A DNA stretch of 63,798 nt, the filler included. It is 5 parts of 5 records of this genome, joined end to end, with 100 filler letters (N's around TTAATTAATTAA, not from the genome) between each part and the next. Parts side by side here need not be neighbours in the genome. Positions count along the whole stretch, not along the records: positions 1 to 12,176 come from SRR20825019_559; 4 more parts are not named here. The stretch is one strand, 5' to 3'. This document shows positions 1 through 10,446 of the stretch, one piece after another (position 1 is the first letter of the stretch; each line of letters opens with the position of its first letter). Made by a program: the position numbers and the translations under genes. Under the pieces are notes generated by a model. The model worked only from the letters and a program-made list of their open reading frames with translations. It did not search any database and was not told where the DNA came from.

Positions 1-1
1 G

Positions 2-91
2 CTGGTCCGCGTGATGAGCTGGTACGACAACGAATGGGGCTTCTCCAACCGCATGCTGGACACCACCGCAGCGGTTGCGGCGACCCTTTAA
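2..91 (+). CDS. gap: Glyceraldehyde-3-phosphate dehydrogenase, 3' end (partial)
   Basis: Frame 2 reads LVRVMSWYDNEWGFSNRMLDTTAAVAATL*; WYDNExGxSxR is the GAPDH C-terminal signature; lies directly upstream of aldolase. Confidence 0.93.
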   Translation: MVRVMSWYDNEWGFSNRMLDTTAAVAATL

Positions 92-118
92 AGACCTGAG
101 AGAGAAGGACCGAAGGCG

Positions 119-1048
119 ATGAAAATCACCCAACGCGTCAAGCGTATCCTCGACAATTACGAAAGCGATTGCCCAGGCACCAAGGCCAACCTCGCCCGCA
201 TCCTGATGCAGGGCAAGCTCGGCGGCACCGGCAAGCTCGTGATCCTGCCGGTCGACCAGGGCTTCGAGCACGGCCCGGCCCGCAGCTTCGCGCCGAACCC
301 GGATGCCTATGATCCGCACTACCATTTCAAGCTGGCAATCGATGCCGGTCTCTCCGCTTATGCCGCTCCGCTCGGCATGATCGAGGCCGGTGCCGACACC
401 TTCGCGGGTCAGATCCCGACGATCATGAAGGTGAACAGCTCCAACAGCCTCGCCCGCGACAAGGACGGACCGAGCCAGGCGATCACCGGCTCCGTGCAGG
501 AAGCCGTGCGTCTCGGCTGCTCCGCCATCGGCTTCACCATCTATCCGGGCTCCGACAATGCCTTCGAGATGATGGGGCAGATTCGCGAGATGGCGGAAGA
601 AGCCAAGGCATACGGCCTCGCGGTCGTGGTCTGGTCCTATCCGCGCGGTGGCGATCTCACCAAGAAGGGCGAAACGGCAGTCGATATCTGCGCCTATGCC
701 GCCCACATGGCCGCCCTGCTCGGCGCCCATATCATCAAGGTGAAGCCGCCGACCGAGCATCTTGAGCTGGACGCCGCCAAGAAGTCCTACGAAGCCAACA
801 AGATCGCCATCGGCACCATGGCCGAGCGCATCGAACATGTTGTGCAGTCCTGCTTCAACGGCCGCCGCATCGTCGTCTTCTCCGGCGGCGAAGCGAAGGA
901 CCTGGACGGTCTCTACAACGAGATCCGCGGTCTGCGCGACGGCGGGGCCAACGGCTCCATCATCGGCCGCAACACCTTCCAGCGTCCGCGCGAGGAAGCC
1001 ATGGCGATGCTGAACACCATCATCGACATCTACAAGGGCAAGGCGTAA
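119..1048 (+). CDS. fbaB: Class I fructose-bisphosphate aldolase (DhnA/FbaB type)
   Basis: ILPVDQGFEHGP, WSYPRG, AHIIKVK (Schiff-base Lys), GSIIGRN motifs; glycolytic context. Confidence 0.93.
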   Translation: MKITQRVKRILDNYESDCPGTKANLARILMQGKLGGTGKLVILPVDQGFEHGPARSFAPNPDAYDPHYHFKLAIDAGLSAYAAPLGMIEAGADTFAGQIPTIMKVNSSNSLARDKDGPSQAITGSVQEAVRLGCSAIGFTIYPGSDNAFEMMGQIREMAEEAKAYGLAVVVWSYPRGGDLTKKGETAVDICAYAAHMAALLGAHIIKVKPPTEHLELDAAKKSYEANKIAIGTMAERIEHVVQSCFNGRRIVVFSGGEAKDLDGLYNEIRGLRDGGANGSIIGRNTFQRPREEAMAMLNTIIDIYKGKA

Positions 1049-1072
1049 ACCTCGCCCCATACCGCTTAGACG

Positions 1073-1104
1073 CGGCGCCCGCTCGCAAGGGCGGGCGCCG
1101 TTTT
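1073..1104 (+). terminator. Rho-independent terminator-like hairpin after fbaB
   Basis: CGGCGCCCGCTC-GCAA-GGGCGGGCGCCG followed by TTTT. Confidence 0.7.
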
Positions 1105-1123
1105 CATATCAGAGGCAAAAAAG

Positions 1124-1765
1124 ATGTCCGCTAAATCCGAGCCGAGCTGCGAGCTTTACCTGATCACTCCGCCAAAGATCGAGATCGATGCTTTTGCCGG
1201 AGATCTTGCCGCCGCCCTTGATGCCGGACCGGTCGCCTGCCTGCAGCTCCGGCTGAAAGATGTCTCCGACGATGAGATCAAGCGGGCCGCTGAAGCCCTG
1301 CTGCCGGTTTGCCACGAACGCGGCGTGCCTTTGCTTATGAATGACCGCCCGGACCTCGCGCTCCTCACAGGCTGCGACGGCGCCCATGTCGGCCAGCAGG
1401 ACACCCCCTATGCCGAAGCCCGCCGGATCCTCGGCGACGAAGCCATGATCGGCGTGACCTGCCACAACTCCGCCCACCTGGCGATGGAAGCGGCGGAAGC
1501 CGGTGCCGATTACGTCGCCTTCGGCGCCTTCTACCCGACAAACACAAAAGAGATCACGCACTACGCCGAGCTCGAGACGCTGCAAAGCTGGGCCGCTATC
1601 TCCACCATCCCCTGCGTCGCCATCGGCGGTATCAACCTGGAAAACGCACAACCGCTGATCGACGCGGGGGCGGATTTCCTCTGCGTGATCACAGCTGTGT
1701 GGAAGCACCCGGAAGGACCGGCTGCGGCGGTGAAGGCGTTTAACGCGTTGATGGCCCCCGCTTAA
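1124..1765 (+). CDS. thiE: Thiamine-phosphate synthase
   Basis: [42 protein letters not shown] motifs. Confidence 0.92.
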   Translation: MSAKSEPSCELYLITPPKIEIDAFAGDLAAALDAGPVACLQLRLKDVSDDEIKRAAEALLPVCHERGVPLLMNDRPDLALLTGCDGAHVGQQDTPYAEARRILGDEAMIGVTCHNSAHLAMEAAEAGADYVAFGAFYPTNTKEITHYAELETLQSWAAISTIPCVAIGGINLENAQPLIDAGADFLCVITAVWKHPEGPAAAVKAFNALMAPA

Positions 1766-1767
1766 GC

Positions 1768-2310
1768 TTACTTGCTCGCGTGAGCCTCAAAGCTCCACAC
1801 CATACCGTGCCAATCGCCAACCTTCTGATATTTCAGGACAAAATCGAGAGACGGTCGGCGCTTTAGGTCAAGCTTGACGATGACAGCTTGGGATCGAAAA
1901 TTCTCGGCGCTCGTGTAGGACAGGATTTCCGTCAGGCCGACGACATCAACGGCATGAGTGAGAGCCGCTCTGGCGCTTTCCGTCGCATATCCAGATCCCC
2001 AGGCTGAGCGGGCGAGACGCCAGCCGATCTCGAAATGCCGCCCGAGGGGATGACCCGGCGCCATGCGCGGCATCACACCCGCGTAACCAAGGAAAACACC
2101 GTCTTTGTGCTCCACGGCCCAACGGGAAACGCCATACTCACTCAAGGCCGTCCGGTAGCGATCAAACTTGCGACGGCTTTCCTCCCGGTCAACGGGACCA
2201 CCGAGATCGGCCATGACCTCCGGATCTGCATGTAGATTTGCAAATGCCTCAAGATGGCACTCATCCCATTCGACAAGCCTGACACGCTCCGTCTCAATCG
2301 TCTTCGGCAT
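1768..2310 (-). CDS. GNAT family N-acetyltransferase (RimJ/RimL-like)
   Basis: IETERVRL N-terminus, EIGWRLARSAWGSGYATE acetyl-CoA-binding motif, ENFRSQAV. Confidence 0.88.
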   Translation of the reverse strand: MPKTIETERVRLVEWDECHLEAFANLHADPEVMADLGGPVDREESRRKFDRYRTALSEYGVSRWAVEHKDGVFLGYAGVMPRMAPGHPLGRHFEIGWRLARSAWGSGYATESARAALTHAVDVVGLTEILSYTSAENFRSQAVIVKLDLKRRPSLDFVLKYQKVGDWHGMVWSFEAHASK

Positions 2311-2420
2311 GATCCGCTAACATCCCGAACTCCGGCAACATGGCCAATCAGCATACCGTCATCGCCGTCCTTTTCGAACCGGTCCCCACGCAACCTGATA
2401 CAAACATCAGGCAGCGAGCA

Positions 2421-4622
2421 TCACTTTGAAACAAAAGCCGCATCAAAATCTTCAATCGGCGTCGGGTACCCCAGCAGATAGCCTTGCCCCGTCTTGCAGC
2501 CAAGGAAGATCAGAGCCTGCTTTTGTTCTTCCGTCTCGATGCCCTCGGCAACGCAATCCACGTCAAGCACCTGCGTCATGCCGAGAACCACGGATGCCAG
2601 GCTTTCCCGGGCGGTTGAGGTTTTCAGGGCACTGACAAAGCTGCGATCGATCTTGATCATGTCGATGGGAAGGCTATCGAACTGTCTCAGTGACGAATAG
2701 CCCGTGCCGAAATCATCAAGCGAGATCCGGAAGCCTTCATCCGCGAGTGCCCGGATCTGCGTCTGGGCCCAGGCGCCCTTGTGCATGGCAATGCCTTCCG
2801 TCACTTCGAATTCAACGGCATCCGGCCCTAGCCCCGCGGCGGCCACTTCCCGCAACAGACGGGATGAAAATTCCGGCCGGTTCAGATCCGCCATGGAGAG
2901 GTTCACGGCAACCGGCACCGGGCTGTCCGGTTGCCGCCCCTTGACCCATTTCCCGACCTCCTGAATGACAAAATCCGTCAGGGGCGCCACGAGACCGATG
3001 GATTCCGCGATCGGAATGAATTCAGCCGGCGATACAGCTTCCCCTCCAAGGGTCCAGCGGAGCAGTGCTTCCGCACCTTTTACCTCCCCCGTCAGCAACG
3101 CCACTTTTGGCTGAAGATGAACGGAAAGTCCCTCACCACTTCCGGCAACGCGGCGCAGTTCAGCCAGCAGCCAGTCCCGCCGGTCGGTTTCGGCCCGCAT
3201 CCTCCGGTCATAGCGCAGGACCTTGCCCCGTGCCGTCTGCCGGACATGCTGCAGTGCCGACTTGGCCATTTTCAGGACGGCGGACGGGTCCGGCTCTATA
3301 TCCGCGAGATCAAGGATTGCGCTCGTCGCGCTCGTCGTGATCTCGACCCCGTCGATCAGACGCGGCCGCGTCAACGCCTCCAGCAAGACGTTCTCGTCAA
3401 TATCGTCCGATCGTCCCAGCACCGCGAATATTCCGTCACCGATACGGGCGACATAGGTCTTGCTGTTTTTCAGCTCTTCATAAATATCAACGAGATATTG
3501 ATGGGAAAGAGTAAATCCATAAGTCGCGACGATCGACTGGTATGAATCGATATTCGCAACGGCAACGCTCACAGGCCCCTTCGGCGACGAGAAATGGGTG
3601 CGGAGTTTTTGCTCAAACGCATTCAGGTTTGGAACATTGAGAAAGGGATCGAGATAGGCCAGCCCATCAAGCCTTTCGACCAGGGTCAGGTTTTCAAACC
3701 CGATCGCGATATTGGTCGAGAATAACTTGAGCAAGGCAAGATTGGGTTCCGTAATATCGCGCCCGGCCTCCAGAACGACAATCAGCCCACGCCCGTCGCC
3801 GGTCGTGAAATGCAGTGTCATATAGCCATCGCGTATCACCGGACTCCCCAGAATAGGCGCCGTCTCGATTATCTCCCGAATATCCGGGTTCGCGATCTCT
3901 TCCCTTGGCTTTCCGATCAGGCTGGCGAACCGCCCGGTTGCGCTGACGACATGCCTTTCCTTGTCGTTACCGGTTGGATAGGCATAGACCAGTCCATGAG
4001 CGGCGATGCCAAGAAGGCTGGCAATCTGGGTCAGCACGCCGCATGAGAAAAGCTCAAGATTCGTGCGCTGAAACAACTGGCTGGAGCTTTCGACAATCAG
4101 CTCCAGACCGGCGCGGCTTTGATCGATCGTGCAAAGCTGGTCGTAGGACCGGATCGCCGCGGTGAGAACCGTGAGCAAGCGGGCCCGGGTCAGCTCGCCC
4201 TTCGTACGATAATCATCGATCTCGTATTCATTGATAACGGACTGCTCCGGCGCATATCCCGGATGGCCGGTCCGCAGGATAATACGCATCTTCGACAGGC
4301 CGGCCCGACGAAACAGCTGAACCAGCTCCAGACCGGAATCCGGCATCTCCATCACAACATCGATGAATGCAGCCGCGACGTCATGCAGATCATCGATCAT
4401 CTTGATCGCATCCTCTGCCGATTCCGCATGTAGTAGTTCAAGTGGACGGCCGAGGACTTTCACATCCCGCAGAGCGAACAGAGTCGCCTGATGCACATCC
4501 GGTTCGTCATCAACGACAAGAATGCGCCACGGCTGCCTCTCGCCCTCGACATTGGCCGTGTCGCCATCCTCCACGATGGATATTCTGTCGTTCCAAGGAT
4601 CGGAGAAGCTGTCAGACATCAT
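2421..4622 (-). CDS. Response regulator REC-DUF3369-degenerate GGDEF-EAL (probable c-di-GMP phosphodiesterase)
   Basis: ILVVDDE...IDVVME...RIILRTG receiver; GGDEF site reads IGDGIF; EAL motifs intact (EALLRW, EVTEG, DDFGTGYSSL, KIDRSF, EGIET). Confidence 0.88.
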   Translation of the reverse strand: MMSDSFSDPWNDRISIVEDGDTANVEGERQPWRILVVDDEPDVHQATLFALRDVKVLGRPLELLHAESAEDAIKMIDDLHDVAAAFIDVVMEMPDSGLELVQLFRRAGLSKMRIILRTGHPGYAPEQSVINEYEIDDYRTKGELTRARLLTVLTAAIRSYDQLCTIDQSRAGLELIVESSSQLFQRTNLELFSCGVLTQIASLLGIAAHGLVYAYPTGNDKERHVVSATGRFASLIGKPREEIANPDIREIIETAPILGSPVIRDGYMTLHFTTGDGRGLIVVLEAGRDITEPNLALLKLFSTNIAIGFENLTLVERLDGLAYLDPFLNVPNLNAFEQKLRTHFSSPKGPVSVAVANIDSYQSIVATYGFTLSHQYLVDIYEELKNSKTYVARIGDGIFAVLGRSDDIDENVLLEALTRPRLIDGVEITTSATSAILDLADIEPDPSAVLKMAKSALQHVRQTARGKVLRYDRRMRAETDRRDWLLAELRRVAGSGEGLSVHLQPKVALLTGEVKGAEALLRWTLGGEAVSPAEFIPIAESIGLVAPLTDFVIQEVGKWVKGRQPDSPVPVAVNLSMADLNRPEFSSRLLREVAAAGLGPDAVEFEVTEGIAMHKGAWAQTQIRALADEGFRISLDDFGTGYSSLRQFDSLPIDMIKIDRSFVSALKTSTARESLASVVLGMTQVLDVDCVAEGIETEEQKQALIFLGCKTGQGYLLGYPTPIEDFDAAFVSK

Positions 4623-6501
4623 ACGTCCTTCCCAGAAAGCCTTCTCTGGCGGCAGGTGCCATAACCGGGAGACGGACAGACATTGTCGTTCCGTCTCCAG
4701 GAGCGCTTTTCGCGCGAATGCTGCCGCCCAGCGTAGCCGTCACGATATTATACGTTATGCTGAGCCCGAGACCGCTCCCTCCCTTGCCAAGCTGGGTAGA
4801 GAAAAACGGCTCGAATATCCGGTCAATGATATCCGCCGGTATACCACGGCCATTGTCCCTGACCTCGATCAGAACATATCCCGTCCCGTGTTGCCGGGCA
4901 TGCACGATGACCTTACCGGATTCGCGTCCGGCAAATGCATGAACCCGCGCATTCTCCGCCAGATTTATCAGAACCTGGGATAGAAGCCCCGGAAAACTGT
5001 CAATTTCCGCAGTCGTTTCGACCATTGTTTCCAGCGAGATATTGCCATGCCTGAACTGGCTTTGCAGAGACGCGGAAACATCCTTGAGCAAGTCTTTAAG
5101 CATAAAGCGCCGGCGCTGCTCACTCGTCTGATCGACCGCGACCTGCTTGAAATGTCCGATCAGCTCATGTGCCTGGCGCAATCCCTTGAGGATGATCATC
5201 ATGCCTTCCCGCGTGTCAGTGAGGAATGCATCGACCACGGAACGGCGCAACTCGCCGGAAGTGACCGCGGCATCGAACTCTTTCATCTTCTCGAACAGGG
5301 TGCTTGCGACGGTTACGGATGTTCCGACCGGCGTATTCAGTTCATGCGCAACACCGGCAACCAGACTGCCCAGACTGGCCATGCGTTCGTACCGGGCCAT
5401 CTCCTCCTTGGAGAGGCGATTGGCAGCCTCGGCTTCCCGGCGCTGGCTCACCGCCTGTGACAGGACAAAGGAAATCAACCCGATGACAATGAGCCCGGCG
5501 ATCGCCACCGGCAGATGATTAGCATTCCAGAGCGCAAAAAAAGTCACGCCGGGAACAAAAACCACAATTTTCCAGGCCGCGTCTTCGGACGCCACCGGCA
5601 CATCCCGCCCGACGGGACGCACCACATTTTCCGGGGTCACTGTCGTGAAGAAGGCCCACTGTCCCTCGAGTTCAACCTCCCCCTCGTCACTGGCGGTAAT
5701 GCCGCGCCAGGCCGCGGGGTTACTTTTCGCCATGGTGTCCTCACGGCCGAACATGAACCCCCAGAGCTTGTTGGCGGGCACTCCCGCGAGCCAGTAACCG
5801 TCTGCATTCAGAAGCTGAATCCGGGCATTGTCGCGCAAACGAACATTCTCGAATGAAGCCAGAAGCCGCTCGACATCCAGATTCATCACGACAATCCCGG
5901 CAACAGCCCCCTGGTCGCTATAGACCGGGGTTGCCAGCCGGATCATCGGTCGCCAGGGGATTTCAACACGGTCGAACTCGACATTGAGATCCATCGCGGA
6001 CACATAAAGCCCGCCCTTCGGCAAACCGATGGACTTCGTGAAGTAATAGCGCAGCGCCTTGTTCTGCAGTTCAGTCACCACAAAAATCGATCGCTGCCGC
6101 GGCCAACGGTCGATACGGATCTGCTCAACACCCTCACGGTCGATGAAGCGCAGCTGCGCGATCAGGGCATTTTCATCCGCGAACAGCCTGAAATCGGCAG
6201 TCACCGTATCGAGAAAATGCGTATCTCCCGACACAAAACGGCGCAGTGACTGCAGTCCGGCTGCAACCCTGAGATCCGTGGAGAAGGCATTCAGCGCCTC
6301 TTCCACAACCTCGCGCTGGGCCTGAACGGCGTCTGCCGCCGCAACGTGCTGCCGCTGGTTGTCTTCCCATTCGGCAAGATAAAGCGAGACGGACCAGATG
6401 GCGCAGAACACAGTAGACAAGACAAGAAACGTAAGCCCGAACAGCCTCAAGCTGAACGGCGTCGCTGAACCTGCAGGCATATCGACTGCGCTCATGTCCA
6501 T
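4612..6501 (-). CDS. Membrane sensor histidine kinase with Cache-like periplasmic domain
   Basis: Two TM segments; RYYF/YVSAMDLN/PMIRLATPV Cache-like region; H-box GVAHELNTP; NLAENA, DNGRGI, FEPFFST, GSGLGL boxes; overlaps the start of the downstream regulator. Confidence 0.9.
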   Translation of the reverse strand: MDMSAVDMPAGSATPFSLRLFGLTFLVLSTVFCAIWSVSLYLAEWEDNQRQHVAAADAVQAQREVVEEALNAFSTDLRVAAGLQSLRRFVSGDTHFLDTVTADFRLFADENALIAQLRFIDREGVEQIRIDRWPRQRSIFVVTELQNKALRYYFTKSIGLPKGGLYVSAMDLNVEFDRVEIPWRPMIRLATPVYSDQGAVAGIVVMNLDVERLLASFENVRLRDNARIQLLNADGYWLAGVPANKLWGFMFGREDTMAKSNPAAWRGITASDEGEVELEGQWAFFTTVTPENVVRPVGRDVPVASEDAAWKIVVFVPGVTFFALWNANHLPVAIAGLIVIGLISFVLSQAVSQRREAEAANRLSKEEMARYERMASLGSLVAGVAHELNTPVGTSVTVASTLFEKMKEFDAAVTSGELRRSVVDAFLTDTREGMMIILKGLRQAHELIGHFKQVAVDQTSEQRRRFMLKDLLKDVSASLQSQFRHGNISLETMVETTAEIDSFPGLLSQVLINLAENARVHAFAGRESGKVIVHARQHGTGYVLIEVRDNGRGIPADIIDRIFEPFFSTQLGKGGSGLGLSITYNIVTATLGGSIRAKSAPGDGTTMSVRLPVMAPAAREGFLGRTYDV

Positions 6502-6799
6502 GTTCTTCTTGCGGTTTAATTTAAATCAAATGCTAAATAACCACCTTGTCCAAAATTCCTTATCAGACGATTAACACCGGTCTATTTTTCGCGCTCCAGT
6601 CGCAAGACTCTCCTCTTAAGAGGGCTGTCCCACCATAGCGGGGAACGCAAGGTGGAAGACCAGCCATGCATCGCAGACCGGTGCTCCACCAATAGACTTC
6701 AGGAACGCAACCTGATAAAAGCGCGCCGCACCACTATTCAAGAACGCACGCGCGGATCCCGTGCGGCGTCGCCATTTCTACTGCTCGACGGACAGAGAC

Positions 6800-7366
6800 A
6801 TGAAAATCAACGGTAACGCCATCCGCATCGGTAATGTCATCGAACACAAGGACCGCCTCTGGGTCGCCATGAAGACCCAGGCCGTGAAACCCGGCAAGGG
6901 CGGCGCCTTCAATCAGGTTGAGCTGAAGGACATCCGGTCCGGCACCAAGCTTAACGAGCGGTTCCGTGCCGACGAGCAGGTCGAGCGGGTGCGTCTGGAG
7001 CAGCGGTCGGCACAGTTTCTTTTCGCCGAAGACGCGCTGCTGACCTTCATGGATAACGAGACCTACGAGCAGACCCAGATCGACAAAAACCTGCTCGGCG
7101 AGAACGTGGTGTTCCTGCAGGACGGCATGGAAGTGCAGATCGAAAGCCACGAAGGCGAGCCGCTTTCCGTGCAGATGCCGGAAACCGTCGTGCTCGAGAT
7201 CGTCGAGGCCGACGCCGTGGTGAAGGGACAGACCGCATCCTCTTCCTACAAGCCGGCTGTGCTGGAAAACGGCGTGAAGATCCTGGTGCCGCCGCATATC
7301 GGGACCGGTATTCGCGTCGTCGTGCGCACTGAAGACAGCACCTACGTCGAGCGCGCCAAAGACTAA
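6800..7366 (+). CDS. efp: Elongation factor P
   Basis: KPGKGGAF loop, [19 protein letters not shown] 6800 preferred over the upstream GTG. Confidence 0.96.
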   Translation: MKINGNAIRIGNVIEHKDRLWVAMKTQAVKPGKGGAFNQVELKDIRSGTKLNERFRADEQVERVRLEQRSAQFLFAEDALLTFMDNETYEQTQIDKNLLGENVVFLQDGMEVQIESHEGEPLSVQMPETVVLEIVEADAVVKGQTASSSYKPAVLENGVKILVPPHIGTGIRVVVRTEDSTYVERAKD

Positions 7367-7437
7367 GACTGGCCGAAACCAAGACTGGATGTCGGGATAG
7401 CCGGCACCGCCGATATTTTGTTTGAACTGGAGAGACC

Positions 7438-8241
7438 ATGGCGACCCGTTCGCCCGCAATCAACGTGATGGTGAAGGCCGCCATGAAGGCGACCCGCCAA
7501 CTGCTGCACGACTTCAACGAGGTCGAGCAGCTTCAGGTCTCAAAAAAGGGCCCGGCCGACTTCGTCTCCAACGCCGATACCGCAGCGGAAAAAACCATCG
7601 TCGACGAGCTGAAATATGCCCGGCGCGATTACGGTTTCCTGCTTGAGGAAGGCAGCGAGATCGAAAGCAGGGACGAGTTGAAACGGCGCTGGATCATCGA
7701 CCCGCTGGACGGCACCACGAACTTCCTGCACGGCATCCCGCATTTCGCGATTTCCATCGCGCTCGAGGAAGCCGGCGAGATCGTCTCCGCCGTGATCTAC
7801 GAGCCGACCCGGGACGAGCTGTTCTGGGCCGAAAAGGGCAAGGGCGCGTACCTGAACGACCGCCGCCTGCGCGTTTCGGCACGCCGGAATCTCGAGGACA
7901 GTGTCTTCGCCACCGGCATCCCGACCCTGCGCGGCACCGATCACGCCTTCTACCTGAAGCAGCTTGAAGCGGTGATGACCCGTTGCTCTTCGGTACGCCG
8001 TCTCGGCGCCGCCGCGCTCGACCTCGCCTATGTCGCGGCTGGCCGCTACGACGGCTATTGGGAACGTGGCCTCAGCCCGTGGGATGTCGCCGCCGGCCTG
8101 CTGATCGTGAAGGAAGCGGGCGGCTATTGCACCGATTACCGGAACCGCGACAAGGCTCTGGAAACCGGCGAGGTCGTCGCCGCCAACGATCAGGTTCACG
8201 GCAAGCTCCTGAAGGTGCTCCGGGACGCGACGAAAGCCTGA
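7438..8241 (+). CDS. suhB: Inositol monophosphatase family protein SuhB
   Basis: WIIDPLDGTTNFLHG and WDVAAG signatures. Confidence 0.93.
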   Translation: MATRSPAINVMVKAAMKATRQLLHDFNEVEQLQVSKKGPADFVSNADTAAEKTIVDELKYARRDYGFLLEEGSEIESRDELKRRWIIDPLDGTTNFLHGIPHFAISIALEEAGEIVSAVIYEPTRDELFWAEKGKGAYLNDRRLRVSARRNLEDSVFATGIPTLRGTDHAFYLKQLEAVMTRCSSVRRLGAAALDLAYVAAGRYDGYWERGLSPWDVAAGLLIVKEAGGYCTDYRNRDKALETGEVVAANDQVHGKLLKVLRDATKA

Positions 8242-8304
8242 TCCCGCCGTCCCCTTTGAAGAGAGGGCCGCAACTAAACCCGCAATTACTACGCGGTATT
8301 TAGC

Positions 8305-8320
8305 ATAATTTTTTATTAAC
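8305..8320 (+). promoter_or_regulatory. Putative CtrA box upstream of the chemoreceptor
   Basis: ATAA-N7-TTAAC, one mismatch to TTAA-N7-TTAAC, in an AT-rich island about 70 nt before the MCP start. Confidence 0.5.
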
Positions 8321-8391
8321 GAATCCCTGCGACCATCACCCACGGCTTGCGCGTCCTACCGTGAACGCGCCATAGGGAGCGGGGATTCGGG

Positions 8392-10338
8392 ATGAACCAG
8401 TTTAAGATTTCTCAGCGCGTTCAATTGATCAGCATCATCGCCCTGATCGGCTTTTTTGCCATCGGCGGTATCCTGTTTTGGGAGCAATCAGTCCGGTCGG
8501 CAAATGCGGAACGGCAACAGGCCGCGCTTGAGCGCATGGAGAAAATCACGTCCCTCTCCATGCTTTTTCTGAATGCCCGGCGCCGGGAAAAGGATTTCCT
8601 GCTCCGTTTTGATCCCGCCTATGTCGAGAAACACAGTCAGGTTTCCGCCAAGATCCACACGACTGTCGACACCCTGATGCCAGACCTATCAGGACAGGAC
8701 CTCGATCTCCTGAAGCAGATGACGGCGGAATACGATGCGTACAACGCACAATTCAAAATCGTCGTGGACAACTGGAGTCGCATGGGGCTGGACGAAAATT
8801 CCGGCCTGCGGGGCGAACTGCGGAGCGCCGTTCACAATGCGGAAGAACTGATCCATCAGCATGCGACCGACGATCTTATGGTGAAGCTGCTGATGATGCG
8901 GCGACACGAGAAAGATTTCATCATCCGCAAGGACCCTAAATATATCGGACGGCTGAATGACCGGATCAACGAATTCGGCAAAATTCTCGAAACCAAGGAG
9001 CTGGACGCAGCGATCAAGTCCGACATCCTAAACACCCTGAAAACCTACAAGACGAATTTTGCTGCCTTCACGGATCTGTCGCTTGGCATCAATGAGCAAA
9101 CCGCGATCATGTCTGACATCTATGCTCAGGCGGAACCGGTACTTGCCAAGCTCGAAGAAAATGTTTTGGCATCCTATGAATCCGAAATGACGAGCGTCGC
9201 CGCGGCGAACAGGCAAACCGTGATCGTCACATCCGCCCTCATCCTGGTAATCGCCATTGCCTGTCTCGCCATCGCCCAGCTCGTAGGTCGATCCATCAGC
9301 CGCCCGGTCGGAGCGCTGTCTGCCCAGATGCTGAAACTGGCGGAAGGTGACAAGACGATCGAGGTGCCAATACGAGGCAAGGACGAGATCGCCGAGATGG
9401 CGCAGGCGGTCCAGGTCTTCAAGGACAACATGATCAGAAACGACCAGTTGCAAGCCGAATCCCAGGCCAGGCAACAACAGGAACTGCAGCGGGCAAGCGA
9501 TGTGGATGCCCTGACCAGTTCGTTCGATGGCGATGTCGGAAAATTGCTCGAAGCCCTCTCCGCAGCCGCCGCCACGCTGCAAAGCACATCAGAGGAAATG
9601 ACCGAGACCGCCGCGGATTCCGGCAACCGGGCGACCGCCGTTGCCAGCGCCACCGAAGAAACCACGGCGAACGTGCAGACCGTCGCCACGGCCACCACGG
9701 AACTGTCCGCCTCGATCGCGGAAATATCCTCGCAGGTCGCCAACGCGACCGCCGTCGCCAATGAAGCGGCACGGCAGGCAGGCGAAACCTCCACCGTGAT
9801 CGACGCGCTCAGCGAAACCGCCAGCCGGATCGGCGAAATCGTCACCCTGATCCGCGAGATTGCGGAACAGACCAATTTGCTGGCCCTGAACGCGACTATC
9901 GAGTCCGCCCGCGCAGGCGAAGCAGGTAAGGGCTTCGCAGTGGTGGCCTCGGAGGTAAAGAACCTTGCCGGTCAGACCGGCAAGGCCACGGAAGATATCG
10001 CGGCCCAGATCGGCGCGATCCAGGAGCGTACCTCCGGCGCGGTCGAGGCTATCCGTTCCATCGTTCTCAAGGTCGAGGAAATGGAGAACATCACCGGCTC
10101 CATCGCGGCCGCGGTCGAGGAGCAGAACGCTGCCACTCAGGATATTTCCCGGAATATCGAGGATGTCGCGGCCGCAGCGCAGGAAGTCAGCCAGAATGTC
10201 ACCTTCGTCGGCGAGGCATCGCGAAACACCAGCCGCATGGCCGGCGACGTGCTGGGCGCCTCGTCGGAGATGAACGAAAAGTCTTCCACGCTCGGTCAGC
10301 GCATCAAGGACTTCCTGCAATCGGTCCGGGCAGCTTAA
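8392..10338 (+). CDS. Methyl-accepting chemotaxis protein (duplicated helical, HBM-like sensor; HAMP)
   Basis: Two TMs; RRREKDF/RRHEKDF duplicated sensor modules; [50 protein letters not shown] hairpin tip. Confidence 0.95.
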   Translation: MNQFKISQRVQLISIIALIGFFAIGGILFWEQSVRSANAERQQAALERMEKITSLSMLFLNARRREKDFLLRFDPAYVEKHSQVSAKIHTTVDTLMPDLSGQDLDLLKQMTAEYDAYNAQFKIVVDNWSRMGLDENSGLRGELRSAVHNAEELIHQHATDDLMVKLLMMRRHEKDFIIRKDPKYIGRLNDRINEFGKILETKELDAAIKSDILNTLKTYKTNFAAFTDLSLGINEQTAIMSDIYAQAEPVLAKLEENVLASYESEMTSVAAANRQTVIVTSALILVIAIACLAIAQLVGRSISRPVGALSAQMLKLAEGDKTIEVPIRGKDEIAEMAQAVQVFKDNMIRNDQLQAESQARQQQELQRASDVDALTSSFDGDVGKLLEALSAAAATLQSTSEEMTETAADSGNRATAVASATEETTANVQTVATATTELSASIAEISSQVANATAVANEAARQAGETSTVIDALSETASRIGEIVTLIREIAEQTNLLALNATIESARAGEAGKGFAVVASEVKNLAGQTGKATEDIAAQIGAIQERTSGAVEAIRSIVLKVEEMENITGSIAAAVEEQNAATQDISRNIEDVAAAAQEVSQNVTFVGEASRNTSRMAGDVLGASSEMNEKSSTLGQRIKDFLQSVRAA

Positions 10339-10446
10339 CTGACGAGACATCAACGACACGGTAAACAGGATCGGCTGTTGTCGCGAAAAGGCCTGTTGCG
10401 ATAAGGTCATCGGTGAGATTAACCCTCCATCCGAGGACGCGCAGAC

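Noticed and set aside
7540-10410. Long minus-strand ORFs over suhB and the MCP
   Set aside because: GC-rich antisense shadows of well-supported + strand genes.
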